In this document: positions 1 through 10,138 of the stretch, one piece after another
Layout: every line of letters starts with the position of its first letter
Numbering within the stretch: the stretch's first letter is position 1
NCBI GenBank assembly: GCA_046484865.1
Contig: JAWOID010000144.1
Coordinates: 45,427-109,426 of the forward strand
Source: Candidatus Krumholzibacteriia bacterium
Lineage (GTDB): Bacteria > Krumholzibacteriota > Krumholzibacteriia > LZORAL124-64-63
DNA: 64,000 bases
Reading direction: 5' to 3'
The notes under the pieces: model-generated
Told to the model about the DNA's origin: nothing
What the model saw: only the letters and a program-made list of their open reading frames with translations
The model's database searches: none
Translations under genes and position numbers: made by a program

Positions 1-48
1 GATGCGTCGGCGGCGTCCTGAGCCGCCCGCGCGCAGGAGTTCCCGTCC

Positions 49-1125
49 GTGAGCGAGGTGTTCTTCCTCCCCGCCTCCACCGCCGCCGGGCCGTACTCCG
101 TGGGCCAGAAGGTGGCTCGCATCTTCGCCGCGCTGCAACTGACCCCGGGACTCCGCCGCCGCTCCCTGGTGGCCCTGAAGGTCCAGGTGGGAGAGCGCGG
201 CCGGCCGGCGCCGCTGCCGCCGGCATGGGTGCAGCCGCTGGCCCGGCAACTCGCCGACGCCGGGATGCTCCCCTTCTTCACCGATACCTGCGCGCTGCAG
301 CGCGGCCACCTGAGCAACGGCGTGCTGCACGCCCGCGCCGCCCACGACCGGGGCTTCGAGCCGGTCTCGGCCGGGGCGCCCTACCTGGTGGCCGACGGCC
401 TCGCCGGGGAGGCGGCGGTGAGGGTTCCGGTGCCCGGCCGCAACGGGCGGAGCGCGACGGTGGCCCAGCTCGCCGTTCGTGCCGACGCCCTGGTCACGGT
501 GGCGCACGTGACGGGCCACCTGCAGAGCGGCCTCGGCGGCGTCCTCATGGCGCTGGGCCACGGACTCGCGTCCCGGGCCGGCAAGCTGGACCAGAGCGAG
601 GCGCTCAGGCCGCGGGTCGACACTCCCATGTGCGCTGGTTGCGGGGTCTGCCTGGAGATCTGCAACTTCGACGCCATCCGCCTGGAGGGAGGGCGCGCGG
701 TCATCGACCAGGCCCGGTGCACCGGTTGTGGCCAGTGCATGACCGTGTGCTACATGGAGGGGATCCGGCCCGACATCGCCCGCGGCAGTCCGGTGTTCCA
801 GGAACGGGTGGCGGAGCACGCCGCGGCGGTGCTGCGGGGCAAGGAGGGCCGGACGGGCCACCTGGCGCTGCTGATGCGCGTGACCAACCATGCCGATTCC
901 GTCGGACGTAGCGAACGCCCTCTGTTCCCGGACATCGGCGTGCTCGCGGCCACCGACCCGGTCGCGCTCGACCAGGCGGTCCTCGACCTCGTCGCGCGGG
1001 AGACGGGTCGGCCGCTGACCGCGTGGACCGACCGTCAGCCCGATCCCGAGCCCCTGCTGGCGCATGCCGAGGCGCTGGGAGTGGGGTCCCGCAGCTACCG
1101 GCTGGCGCAGCTGCCGGCAGACTGA
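49..1125 (+). CDS. DUF362-family protein with 2x[4Fe-4S] ferredoxin domain
   Basis: GTG start after AGGAG; CAGCGVCLEIC and CTGCGQCMTVC motifs; DUF362-like KxxxGE, ADGLxG and DIGVLAATDPVALDQA segments. Confidence 0.8.
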   Translation: MSEVFFLPASTAAGPYSVGQKVARIFAALQLTPGLRRRSLVALKVQVGERGRPAPLPPAWVQPLARQLADAGMLPFFTDTCALQRGHLSNGVLHARAAHDRGFEPVSAGAPYLVADGLAGEAAVRVPVPGRNGRSATVAQLAVRADALVTVAHVTGHLQSGLGGVLMALGHGLASRAGKLDQSEALRPRVDTPMCAGCGVCLEICNFDAIRLEGGRAVIDQARCTGCGQCMTVCYMEGIRPDIARGSPVFQERVAEHAAAVLRGKEGRTGHLALLMRVTNHADSVGRSERPLFPDIGVLAATDPVALDQAVLDLVARETGRPLTAWTDRQPDPEPLLAHAEALGVGSRSYRLAQLPAD

Positions 1126-1148
1126 GCCACCCCGGGGGGCGATTGTCT

Positions 1149-1178
1149 TTGCGACCGGCTGGAAGGATGTGTTATACT
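1149..1178 (+). promoter_or_regulatory. sigma70-type promoter for secDF
   Basis: TTGCGA-18bp-TATACT with extended -10 TG at 1170-1171. Confidence 0.6.
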
Positions 1179-1330
1179 TGCCCGGGTTTTTCGGTGGGGC
1201 GGACCTCCGCGGTGCGCCTTGATGCGTTTTTGGGGCCCCGCCGCCGCAGGCATCGAGGCGCGTTTTTGTGCGAGATCCCCGCGCAGCGCGTTGTCCGCGC
1301 GGGACCACGAACCGATTGCAGGAGAAACTC

Positions 1331-3048
1331 ATGAATCGTTCCCTGACGATCCGGGGGGCGCTGGTCCTCGTCGTGCTTCTGCTCTCCGTCTGGGGGCTGA
1401 TCCCCACCATCCGGGCCTGGTCGATCTCCCAGGAGGAGCGGGCCACGGCGGACACCGAACGCCTGGCGGAGATCGAGGGCATCGAGGAGAAGGCCATCCG
1501 GCAGGGGCTCGACCTCCAGGGCGGCATGTATCTCGTCCTCGAGGTGGACACCGAGGGCATGTCCGGCGAGCAGGCTCGCGATGCGCTGGAGCGCGTGCGC
1601 GAGATCCTCGCCAACCGCGTCGACCAGTTCGGCGTCAGCGAGCCGGTGATCCAGACGCAGGGCACGTCGCGGATCATCGTGCAGCTGCCCGGTCTGCAGA
1701 ACCCGGAGCGCGCCAAGCAGCTCATCGGCACCACGGCGCAGCTGGAGTTCCGGATGCTGCGTTCGCCCGAGGAGATCGCCACCGCCCTCGACAAGCTGGA
1801 CGCGGCCTTCCGCGGGGCCGGCGCCGATACCGTCGCCGCCGCCACCGCCGCCGCCGACAGCGTGCTGGCCGGCGACGTGGCGCGGGACAACACCGAGGTG
1901 GCGGTCGAGGCTGGAGAGGTCGACACCGTGACCACGCCCTTCGGCGAGTTGCCCGACGCGGTCGAGGAGGAGTTCGCCGACCTGGACGAGGAGATGCGGC
2001 GCGACCGTCCGTTCTCGTCGTACATGCTGGCCGATCCCCAGCTGGGGCTGCTGGTGAACGAGCGTCACGTGAACCGCGTCCAGCAGATGCTCGATTCGCC
2101 CAGGGCCCGGGTGCTCCCGCGTGACGTGACGTTCCAGTTCAGCATGGAGACGCTGAGGGCTCCCGACGGCAGCGAACTGCGGCCGCTCTACCTGGTGGAC
2201 GCCACGCCCGCCCTCACCGGCGACCGGCTCACCGGCGCCCAGGCGGTGCCCGATCCCGAACGTCCCGGCAATTTCCAGGTGTCGTTCACGCTCGACCGCC
2301 GGGGCGGCGCCCGGTTCGCGCGCCTCACGGGCGAGAACGTGGGCCGGCGCATGGCCATCGCCCTCGACAACCGCGTCAAGTCCGCGCCGGTGATCCAGGA
2401 CCGCATTCCCGGCGGCCGCGGCGTGATCACCGGCGGGTTCAGCCTGGAGGCGGCGCAGGACCTGGCTCTGCTGCTGCGCGCCGGCGCCCTGCCCACCGAC
2501 GTCCACATCGAGGAGGAACGCACGGTGGGGCCCAGCCTCGGGCGCGACTCCATCCGCCGGGGGATCTCCGCCGTCGTCTACGGCGGCATCCTGGTGATCG
2601 TCTTCGTGATCTTCTACTACCGGGTGAGCGGCCTGATCTCGGTGGTGGCGCTGGTCAGCAACATCATCATCCTGCTGGCGGTGCTGGCCCAGTTCGGACT
2701 CGTGCTCACCTTGCCGGGCATCGCCGGCATCATCCTGACCGTCGGCATGGCCGTGGACGCCAACGTCCTCATCAACGAGCGCATCCGCGAGGAGTGCGCC
2801 GGCACAAGACGATCAAGGCGTCGGTGGAGGGCGGCTACAGCAACGCCACGCGCACGATCGTCGACGCGAACGTCACGACGCTGATCGCGGCTGCCGTCCT
2901 GCTCTACTTCGGCACCGGTCCGGTCAAGGGTTTCGCGGTCACGCTGAGCATCGGCGTGGTCACGAGCATGTTCACGGCGCTGGTCTTGACCCGCGTCCTC
3001 ATGGAACTGATGACCCGCAAGCAGGGGCGGACGAAGGTCAGCATCTGA
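1331..3048 (+). CDS. secD: Protein translocase subunit SecD, interrupted as assembled by a 1-bp frameshift at about 2795
   Basis: GLDLQGG, RVDQFGVSEP, LRAGALP, VGPSLG and LTLPGIAGIILTVGMAVDANVLINERIREE in one frame; C-terminus (TIVDANVTT...GTGPVKGFAVTL) continues in the 2794..3048 frame; RBS GGAG before ATG 1331. Confidence 0.93.
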
Positions 3049-3111
3049 CGGCGGGCGACCAAGGTCGGCGTCCCTGCGGACGTCCTGGCGCGGCGGTGGC
3101 GGCCGCGCACG

Positions 3112-4044
3112 ATGGGAGCGACGATGGAGTTCTTCCGCAACTCGAACATCAACTTCGTGGGCGCCATGAAGTACACCTTCGCGGCGTCCACGGTCCTGGT
3201 CCTGCTCAGCCTGGTCACGCTGGTGGCGCACGGCGGACCGCGCATGAGCATCGACTTCACCGGCGGCTCGATGGTGCAGGTGCGCATCACGCCGCAACCC
3301 ACCGTGGCCGAGATCCGCTCGGTCATGGAGCAGCACGGTTTCTCGGGCGTGCAGGTGCAGGATTTCGGCGCCGAGAACGAGTTCCTGATCATCTTTCCGG
3401 AGCTCGGCGGCGAGCTGGTGAATGCCACCCGCCCCATGATCGAAGCGCTGCGCGACGGCTTCGCGGGGGCCGAGGTGGAACTGCGGCGCGAGGAGGCGGT
3501 GGGTCCGAAGATCGGCGGTGAGCTGCAGACGGCGGCGGAGAGCTCGGTGGTGGCCGCGCTGGTCCTGATCGTGCTCTACATCACGATCCGCTTCGTCTTC
3601 CGTTACGGCGTGGCGGCGATCATCGCCATCGTCCACGACGTGATGCTCACCCTGGGGCTCTTCTCGCTGCTGAACCTGGAGATCTCGCTCACCATCATCG
3701 CGGCGTTCCTGACGATCATCGGCTACTCGCTGAACGACACCATCGTGGTGTTCGACCGCATCCGCGAGAACATGAAGCTGCGGCGCCGCGAGTCGTACCG
3801 CGAGGTGATCAACCGGTCCATCAACGAGTGCCTCAGCCGGACCGCGCTGACCTCGCTGACCACCTTCTTCGTCACGGCCATGCTCTACGTCCTCGGCGGC
3901 CCCGTGATTCACGACTTCGCGCTGGCCCTGTGCTTCGGGGTGATCGTGGGCACCTACTCGTCGATCTTCATCGCCAGTCCGGTGCTGGTGTTCTGGTACG
4001 AGCGCAGGATCGCCGACAAGAAGCGCATGCAGCCCTCGCTCTGA
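3112..4044 (+). CDS. secF: Protein translocase subunit SecF
   Basis: IDFTGG, VGPKIG, IGYSLNDTIVVFDRIRE and GTYSSIFIA motifs; follows secD (alternative start 3124). Confidence 0.96.
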   Translation: MGATMEFFRNSNINFVGAMKYTFAASTVLVLLSLVTLVAHGGPRMSIDFTGGSMVQVRITPQPTVAEIRSVMEQHGFSGVQVQDFGAENEFLIIFPELGGELVNATRPMIEALRDGFAGAEVELRREEAVGPKIGGELQTAAESSVVAALVLIVLYITIRFVFRYGVAAIIAIVHDVMLTLGLFSLLNLEISLTIIAAFLTIIGYSLNDTIVVFDRIRENMKLRRRESYREVINRSINECLSRTALTSLTTFFVTAMLYVLGGPVIHDFALALCFGVIVGTYSSIFIASPVLVFWYERRIADKKRMQPSL

Positions 4045-4317
4045 GCGGACCGGGCGCTCCCGGACACCCCGGGGCCCCCGGGGCGCCGGAACTCCGACGG
4101 CACCGACGGCCCGCCGCCACCGCGGCGGGCCGCAGTGTCTTCTGCGGGGGGCGGTGTGACTCATCCGGCGGACTCCGGACCTGCCCGATCGTCGCCGCGC
4201 TCCGTCCCGGCGGTCCTCGCGGCAGGATGGCCAGGAAACCTCGGTTCGGGGTATCATGAAGGCGCGCCGGAGGTCCTGGCGCGATGCCGCGCCGGTGGAG
4301 GTCGCGACCGGCCCGTT

Positions 4318-4332
4318 TGGCACGTCCCTTGC
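4318..4332 (+). promoter_or_regulatory. sigma54 (-24/-12) promoter
   Basis: TGGCACG-TCCC-TTGC is an exact match to TGGCACG-N4-TTGC; intergenic, about 25 bp before the RBS GGAGGG at 4357. Confidence 0.75.
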
Positions 4333-4371
4333 CGAATGCCGGAGATCCCCAGCGCCGGAGGGCGAGACGTG

Positions 4372-4851
4372 ATGTGCGAACGAAGGGACACGGGACGGAA
4401 GGGCGCCTGGCGGGCGGCGGTGGTCGTGCTGGTGGCGGTCGCGTCGCTGGCGCCGGCGGCCGGAGCCCGCCTCGTCCTCGAACGCCACTCCCAGGCCGCC
4501 GCCACCCTCCACGCCCTCGCCGGCCACTGGCGCATCGAGGACCACGCGGCGCTGGCCGAGCTCGTGGCGTCCGAAGGCGTGCGTATCGCCATCGGCCCGG
4601 TCCCGGACCGGGAAAACCTTTACAGCCCCAGCCAGTCCTTCTACTTCTTCAAGAATCTCTTCCAGGACCTGGAGTCCGAGGCGTTCGTCGTCGAGACGCA
4701 GCAGGACGGCGACCAGGGCCGGGCCCACGCGGTGGCGCGATGGAGATTCCGCCGCTCGGGAGCCGACCGGACGGAGGAGATGAGGCTGGTGATCTCGCTC
4801 GTGCGTGGCCCCGACGGATGGGCTGTAGGCGAGATCCGGGCGTTGCGCTGA
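4372..4851 (+). CDS. Secreted NTF2-like protein (DUF4783-like)
   Basis: Signal peptide (AAVVVLVAVASLAPAAGA); YSPSQSFYFFKNLF segment and C-terminal ..GWAVGEIR typical of NTF2-fold proteins; GGAGGG RBS. Confidence 0.6.
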   Translation: MCERRDTGRKGAWRAAVVVLVAVASLAPAAGARLVLERHSQAAATLHALAGHWRIEDHAALAELVASEGVRIAIGPVPDRENLYSPSQSFYFFKNLFQDLESEAFVVETQQDGDQGRAHAVARWRFRRSGADRTEEMRLVISLVRGPDGWAVGEIRALR

Positions 4852-4873
4852 ACCTTCCGCGGAGGACCCCTGC

Positions 4874-7800
4874 ATGAGGCTGCCGGCGGCGCGTTCCGCC
4901 CCGGTCGTCGTGATCCTGGCCACCGCTCTGCAGGGCGGCCTGCTCTGGCTGTCCGGTCGAGGCGGCGAGCCGGCGCTCATCCTGCCCTTCCCGCTCGCTC
5001 TGGCGGCCGTGATCGCGCTGGCGGCTGCGGTCCTGCACCAGATCCGCCGCTCGGCGATCCCGCGTTTGCCCGAGCCGGCAAGTGCCGAACGCCGAGCGGG
5101 CGCCGAGGGCGGGTGGCGACTCGTCGCGCTGGCGCTCTTCTGCCTGGCCCAGGTGGTGATCGCCGTGCAGGCGGGCGGAACCTGGCGCGCCCAGGAGCAG
5201 GAAGAGAGCGCCTGGGAGGAGAAGGCGCGCGCCCGGCTCACGGCGAGGGTGGAGGAGGAGGCGGAGCGGCTCTCGGCCATGGTGGCTGCGCTCGGGGGCC
5301 TCGACCCGCCGGCGTTGCCGGCCGAGCTGCGCGCTTCGGCGCTGGTGCCCGCGATCGAACCCGGCGCCGCGTCGGCGGATGCGCCCGACGCGTTCGCGGT
5401 GGCGCAGTCCCTGGCCCGGGCGGCGCGCGGAGCGGTTCCGCTGGCGCCCGGGGCCGAACTGGACGCGGTGCTCTGGCACCGGGACGAGCGGACGGCCTGG
5501 ACAGCGGGCGCCGCGCCGCTCTCCTGGGCCCCCGGCCCGCCCGGCGGGGTGACTCTCGCGACCGGACACGAAAGCGTCCACCTGCGTCGCGTGCTGCTGC
5601 TGGAGTTCGCGCCTGCCGTGGCCGGCGACGCTGGCGGCGCCTCGCCGGCGGCGGCGGATGCCGCCGGTGCGGCGGTGCCCCCGGACCTTCTCGTCGAGTT
5701 GCAGATCCGGCTGCCGGGCGTCGCGCCGGCCGCCACCGGGCCGCCGGACGCGCCGCTGACGAGAGCGCCCTCGCTGGCGGCAGACGGCGGTGAGTCCGTC
5801 CTCCAGCGGACGCTGTCCACAGCGCCCTTCGGTTCTCGGCCCCGGGTGCTCGGAGGGGCGTCCGAGGGCATGACCGCGGTGCAGACGGTGGCCCTGGCGC
5901 CGGACGAGCGAGGCAGGCTGCTCGGCGTCAGGGTGGCCGCCTCGGTGCCGCCGCAGCGACTGCTCGCGCGAGCCGATGCCGCGATGCGCCTGGTGGTCCT
6001 GGCCGCAGCATGGGCGGTGGCGCTGGTGGCCGGCGTGGGCTGGCTGGCGGGGCTCGTGGCCGCGCTCCTGGCCGCCTGGATCGCGCGCGCGGCGCTCGCG
6101 GCCATCGACCTCTTCCACTGGGTCCAGTCGGCGGTACCGGACGCGCCGCTCGGCGGCGTGACGGGGGCGCTCGCGAGCGTCGTGGACCCCGCCTACTTCG
6201 CCACGCCCTTCGGATACGGCTGGATGGCCTCCACGGTGGACGTCTTCCTCACCGCCGTGCTGTTCGCCGCCACCGGCTGGGCGGTGCTGGATACCGCGGC
6301 GCGGAGGACCCGCGGATCGGCGGCGGTCGCGGGCCGTGCCGGACGCACCGGCGGCGCCGGCCGGGCGCTGGCCGCCGGTCTGGCGGTCGGTGTGGCGCTG
6401 GGCGGCGGATTGCTGCTGCTGCGGCTGGTCACCGGCGAGATCGTCGAGAACGCGAACCCGCGACTGGTGGGACCTCAGGTGCCGTACCGGTCGCTGACGT
6501 TCTGGATGCTGCATGCGGCGCTGCTGGCGCTCAGCGGTGCGGTGGTGGCTTCGCTGACGGCGGTCGCGGCGCTGCTGCGCCACCGGGGCGCCGGCTGGGG
6601 CCGCGGCTGGACAGCGGTCGCGGCGGCGCTCGGCGGAGCCTTGCTGGTGGCGGTTCCGGCAGCAGGTGCGGGGGGAGGGCCGGGGCCGCTGGCGGCGGTG
6701 ACCGCCGGCGCGCTGGCGGCGGGAATCTGGCTGCTGTCCCGTCCGGCGCTGCACGCGCGCGGACTGGCCGGGCAGCTGGCGGTCGTCGTCCTGTTCCTCC
6801 TGACGGTGGCCTGGAACTACTCCGCCCTGCGCGAGAGCTACGGGCGCAGCGAGCGCACCTGGCTGCTGCGCAAGGCGGAGCAGGTGGTGCAGCCGCAGGA
6901 GGACTGGATCACCTTCCTGCTCCAGGACGCCTTGCGGGAAATGGCCGCCAAGGAGCAGGGTCAGCGCGTGGCCGAAGCCGCGCGCAGGTGGCAGCCGCCG
7001 GTGCCGGTCTGGCATCCATCGGCGTCCACCGCGGTCGACACCACCGGCGACGACGCTGCGACGGGAACGTCGGTGTCCGTGGTGAGCGGTGCGGAGCGCG
7101 GCGCCGCCGAAGGTGCCGAACTCTGGCGCAACGAACCGGCGTATCGACTGTGGCTGGGCTCCTCGCTCCGGGATCTCGGGATGCCCACGCTCATCGAGGT
7201 GGACGACCCGGAGGGCATGGCCGTCAGCCTGTTCGCGGCCGGATTCCTGCGCGATTTTGGTTACGAGGTGCAGGCGCGGTCATCGTGGCAACCCCTGCCG
7301 CCGCCGGGCGGCAGCGAGCCGCCGGTTCTTGTGCAGACCGAGCGGCGGCGCTATCCGACCGGCGAGGAGGTGGTGCTGCGCGGCGAGATCCCGAGATGGG
7401 GCGTGGGGGGTTTCATCCGGGTGGAACTGCCGTTGCGCTCGCGTCGGGCCGCCACCCTGCTGGAGCAGCTGCAGGGCGTCCGTCCCGACCCCACGGTCGC
7501 CGGTTACCGGCCGCGCGCCGAGATCGATCGCCCCCTGCTGCTGGTGCACGGCGACGCGCGCGGCTGGCTCGACGCCGGCGAGGGGTTGTTTCCGGATCCC
7601 GTCTCGGACGAGGTCGTGGCCGCGCTGCAGCAGGGGCGACGCACCTGGGGCGTGGTCACCGCCGAGTCGTCCCCGTATCTCGCCACCTGGAGCGCTCTTC
7701 CGGCGGAGGCGGCCGAGCGGGAGGGCGAAGGCTTCCTGATCGGCGTGCAACAGCTCGGAGCCCTCGGGACGGCACTGGACATCTCGCGCCTGGTGCTGCT

Positions 7801-10042
7801 GGACGCGCTGCTCGTGGCCGTGGTCCTCGGCCTGCGTGCTCTCGGCCGCTGGCGACTGCCGGCGGGCCGGCGGTGGCAGCCCAGCTTCCAGCAGCGCTTC
7901 CTGGCGGGATTCCTGGCGCTCGGACTGGTCGTGCTGGTGCTGGCGGGGGTTTTCGTCGACCGGTTGACGCGCGACCGGGTCGCGGCCGAGGCGCGGCGGG
8001 AGACGCGGGCCGGACTGACGACCGCCCTGGGTCAGCTCCAGGGGCTGCTCGCGGAGCAGGCGCGCCTGCTGGCGGGCAGCGAGTACATCGCCGACCTCCT
8101 CGAGGGGCGGCTCGCCGGCCAGCGTCCGGTGGGCCCGTTCGCGCTGCAGCAGGGGATGGTGTTCGGCGGCGACGGTTCGCTGCTCCTGGACGAGACCCTC
8201 AGCGACCTGGACGCCGGCGAGGCGGCCGCGCTGCTCGCGGTGGCCAGAAGGGCCCCGCTGGTGGTCGTGGCGGCCGGTTCCGAATTCTACCTGGGCACGG
8301 TGATCCCGATCGATCTCGGCGGCGTGATCGCGCCGGAGGAGGAGATCCCGGGGCCCGAGCCGCTTTCCCGTGCGCCCAGCGGGGGCTTCTTCTTCTACCG
8401 GCACCGCCTGGACGGTGATCTGCTGACGGGACTGGCCCAGGTCATCCAGGGCGAGGTGGCGCTGCGACGCGACGGCGAGGTGGTGCTGGCCAGCCATCCG
8501 GCGCGGGTCTTCTCCGGCGAGGTGCCGCTGCTCGCCGCACCGGCGTCGATGCGGCGCCTGGCCGACCATCCCCTCAGCCCGCAGGTGGAGCCGGTGCCGG
8601 GCTCGGAACTGGCGTTCACCGGCGCGGCGGCGCTGCCCTCGCTGGTGCTGCCGGAGAGCGGCGATCTGAGCCAGCGCCGCCTGCCGGCGGTGCTCTCGGT
8701 GGCGTTTCCCGGGCGGCAGCGCGAGGTGATCGAGCAGCGCGAGCGCACGGTGCTCTACCTGGCCGGTCTGGCCACCTTGATCCTGGTGGCGGCGCTGCTG
8801 CTGGTGCTGCTGCTGACGTGGGGCATCTTCGGGCCGGTGCGGGTCCTGGTCACCGCCACCCAGCGGCTCGCCGGCGGTGACTTCGACGCTCCCCTGCCCG
8901 CCGCCGGTCGCGACGAGGTGGGCCGCCTGGCGGGGGCCTTCGCACGCATGCGCGACGAGTTGCATGCGGCGCGGCAGCGGCTGGAGGCGCGGGAACGCTT
9001 CCTCTCCACGGTGCTCGAGCGGGTTCCCGTGGGTGTGCTGGTGGTGCGCGCGGAGGGCGGTCTGGCGGTGCTCAATCCCACCGGGCAGTCCATCCTCGCC
9101 GCGTTCTATCCGGATCTGGGACCGGCCGCCGCCGCCAGCCGGCTGCTGGCGGATCACGCCGCGGCGGTTCACGCGGGCGGTGATGCCGAGTGGCACAGCG
9201 TCGGTCGTCACCGGACCTTGCGCGGCCGCGTGGCCACGCTGGCGCGGCCGGACGGACGCTCCGACGCCATGGCTGTGTTCGAGGACGTGACCGAGTTCCT
9301 GGCCACCAAGCGTCTGGCGCTCAATGCGGAGCTGGCGCGACAGGTGGCGCACGAGATCAAGAATCCGCTCACGCCCATCCAGCTGTCCGCCCAGCTCCTC
9401 GAGCAGGCCTACCGGGATCGCGCGGCCGATCTGGATGCGATCGTGGCCGACTCGGTCCGCCGCATCCTCGAGCAGGTCGAGCTGCTGCGGAGCATCGCCG
9501 GCGAGTTCAGCCTGCTCGGACGCCCGGGTGAGCTGGAGTGCGCGCCTCTGGATCTGCCGGAACTGGTGCGGCAGGTGGCGGCCAGCTATCACGCCGACGA
9601 GCGGGACGCCGCGAGCGGCGGGACGCGCGATGCGGATGCCAGGGTCCGGGTGGTCGCACGCGACATCCCGCCGGTCCTCGGTCACCGCGAATCGCTGCGC
9701 AAGGTGCTGAGCAACCTCATGCAGAACTCGCTCGACGCGCGCGGGGCGGCTGGAGGGCTGGTGGTGGAGGTCGACTTCCGCAGCGATCCCGAGCACGTGA
9801 TCATGACCTGGCGGGACAACGGGACGGGCCTGGCCGAGGACGTGGCCGACCGTCTCTTCGACCCCTATTTCTCCACCAAGAGCAAGGGAACCGGGCTGGG
9901 GCTCGCCATCTGCCGCAACCTCGTGGACAAGATGGGCGGCGGCATCACCCTGGCCAACCGCCCCCATGCTTCCGGCGCCGTGGCCGAGATCGTCCTGAGG
10001 CGCGCCGATGCCGCGGCGGCTGCCGGGCGGGATACCCCGTAG
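4874..10042 (+). CDS. Very large multi-TM sensor histidine kinase, NtrY-like (HAMP-PAS-HisKA-HATPase)
   Basis: HAMP (GRDEVGRLAGAF), H-box ARQVAHEIKNPLTPIQLS, NLMQNS, DNGTG, FDPYFSTKSKGTGLGL; many hydrophobic segments; GGAGG RBS. Confidence 0.9.
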   Translation: MRLPAARSAPVVVILATALQGGLLWLSGRGGEPALILPFPLALAAVIALAAAVLHQIRRSAIPRLPEPASAERRAGAEGGWRLVALALFCLAQVVIAVQAGGTWRAQEQEESAWEEKARARLTARVEEEAERLSAMVAALGGLDPPALPAELRASALVPAIEPGAASADAPDAFAVAQSLARAARGAVPLAPGAELDAVLWHRDERTAWTAGAAPLSWAPGPPGGVTLATGHESVHLRRVLLLEFAPAVAGDAGGASPAAADAAGAAVPPDLLVELQIRLPGVAPAATGPPDAPLTRAPSLAADGGESVLQRTLSTAPFGSRPRVLGGASEGMTAVQTVALAPDERGRLLGVRVAASVPPQRLLARADAAMRLVVLAAAWAVALVAGVGWLAGLVAALLAAWIARAALAAIDLFHWVQSAVPDAPLGGVTGALASVVDPAYFATPFGYGWMASTVDVFLTAVLFAATGWAVLDTAARRTRGSAAVAGRAGRTGGAGRALAAGLAVGVALGGGLLLLRLVTGEIVENANPRLVGPQVPYRSLTFWMLHAALLALSGAVVASLTAVAALLRHRGAGWGRGWTAVAAALGGALLVAVPAAGAGGGPGPLAAVTAGALAAGIWLLSRPALHARGLAGQLAVVVLFLLTVAWNYSALRESYGRSERTWLLRKAEQVVQPQEDWITFLLQDALREMAAKEQGQRVAEAARRWQPPVPVWHPSASTAVDTTGDDAATGTSVSVVSGAERGAAEGAELWRNEPAYRLWLGSSLRDLGMPTLIEVDDPEGMAVSLFAAGFLRDFGYEVQARSSWQPLPPPGGSEPPVLVQTERRRYPTGEEVVLRGEIPRWGVGGFIRVELPLRSRRAATLLEQLQGVRPDPTVAGYRPRAEIDRPLLLVHGDARGWLDAGEGLFPDPVSDEVVAALQQGRRTWGVVTAESSPYLATWSALPAEAAEREGEGFLIGVQQLGALGTALDISRLVLLDALLVAVVLGLRALGRWRLPAGRRWQPSFQQRFLAGFLALGLVVLVLAGVFVDRLTRDRVAAEARRETRAGLTTALGQLQGLLAEQARLLAGSEYIADLLEGRLAGQRPVGPFALQQGMVFGGDGSLLLDETLSDLDAGEAAALLAVARRAPLVVVAAGSEFYLGTVIPIDLGGVIAPEEEIPGPEPLSRAPSGGFFFYRHRLDGDLLTGLAQVIQGEVALRRDGEVVLASHPARVFSGEVPLLAAPASMRRLADHPLSPQVEPVPGSELAFTGAAALPSLVLPESGDLSQRRLPAVLSVAFPGRQREVIEQRERTVLYLAGLATLILVAALLLVLLLTWGIFGPVRVLVTATQRLAGGDFDAPLPAAGRDEVGRLAGAFARMRDELHAARQRLEARERFLSTVLERVPVGVLVVRAEGGLAVLNPTGQSILAAFYPDLGPAAAASRLLADHAAAVHAGGDAEWHSVGRHRTLRGRVATLARPDGRSDAMAVFEDVTEFLATKRLALNAELARQVAHEIKNPLTPIQLSAQLLEQAYRDRAADLDAIVADSVRRILEQVELLRSIAGEFSLLGRPGELECAPLDLPELVRQVAASYHADERDAASGGTRDADARVRVVARDIPPVLGHRESLRKVLSNLMQNSLDARGAAGGLVVEVDFRSDPEHVIMTWRDNGTGLAEDVADRLFDPYFSTKSKGTGLGLAICRNLVDKMGGGITLANRPHASGAVAEIVLRRADAAAAAGRDTP

Positions 10043-10138
10043 CCGGATCGGGCCTGGCTGGCGCGACCGGGAATCTCGCCGTTGGTTCGGTGTAGAACGA
10101 CGACGATCCACCGCACAGACCCCCGGGGGAGGATCCGC

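Noticed and set aside
1194..1334. Short ORF upstream of secD containing RAGP (1296-1307), the SecM-type arrest motif
   Set aside because: No RBS, no signal or TM segment, and R/A/G/P are the commonest residues in GC-rich shadow frames; would need conservation in relatives to revive
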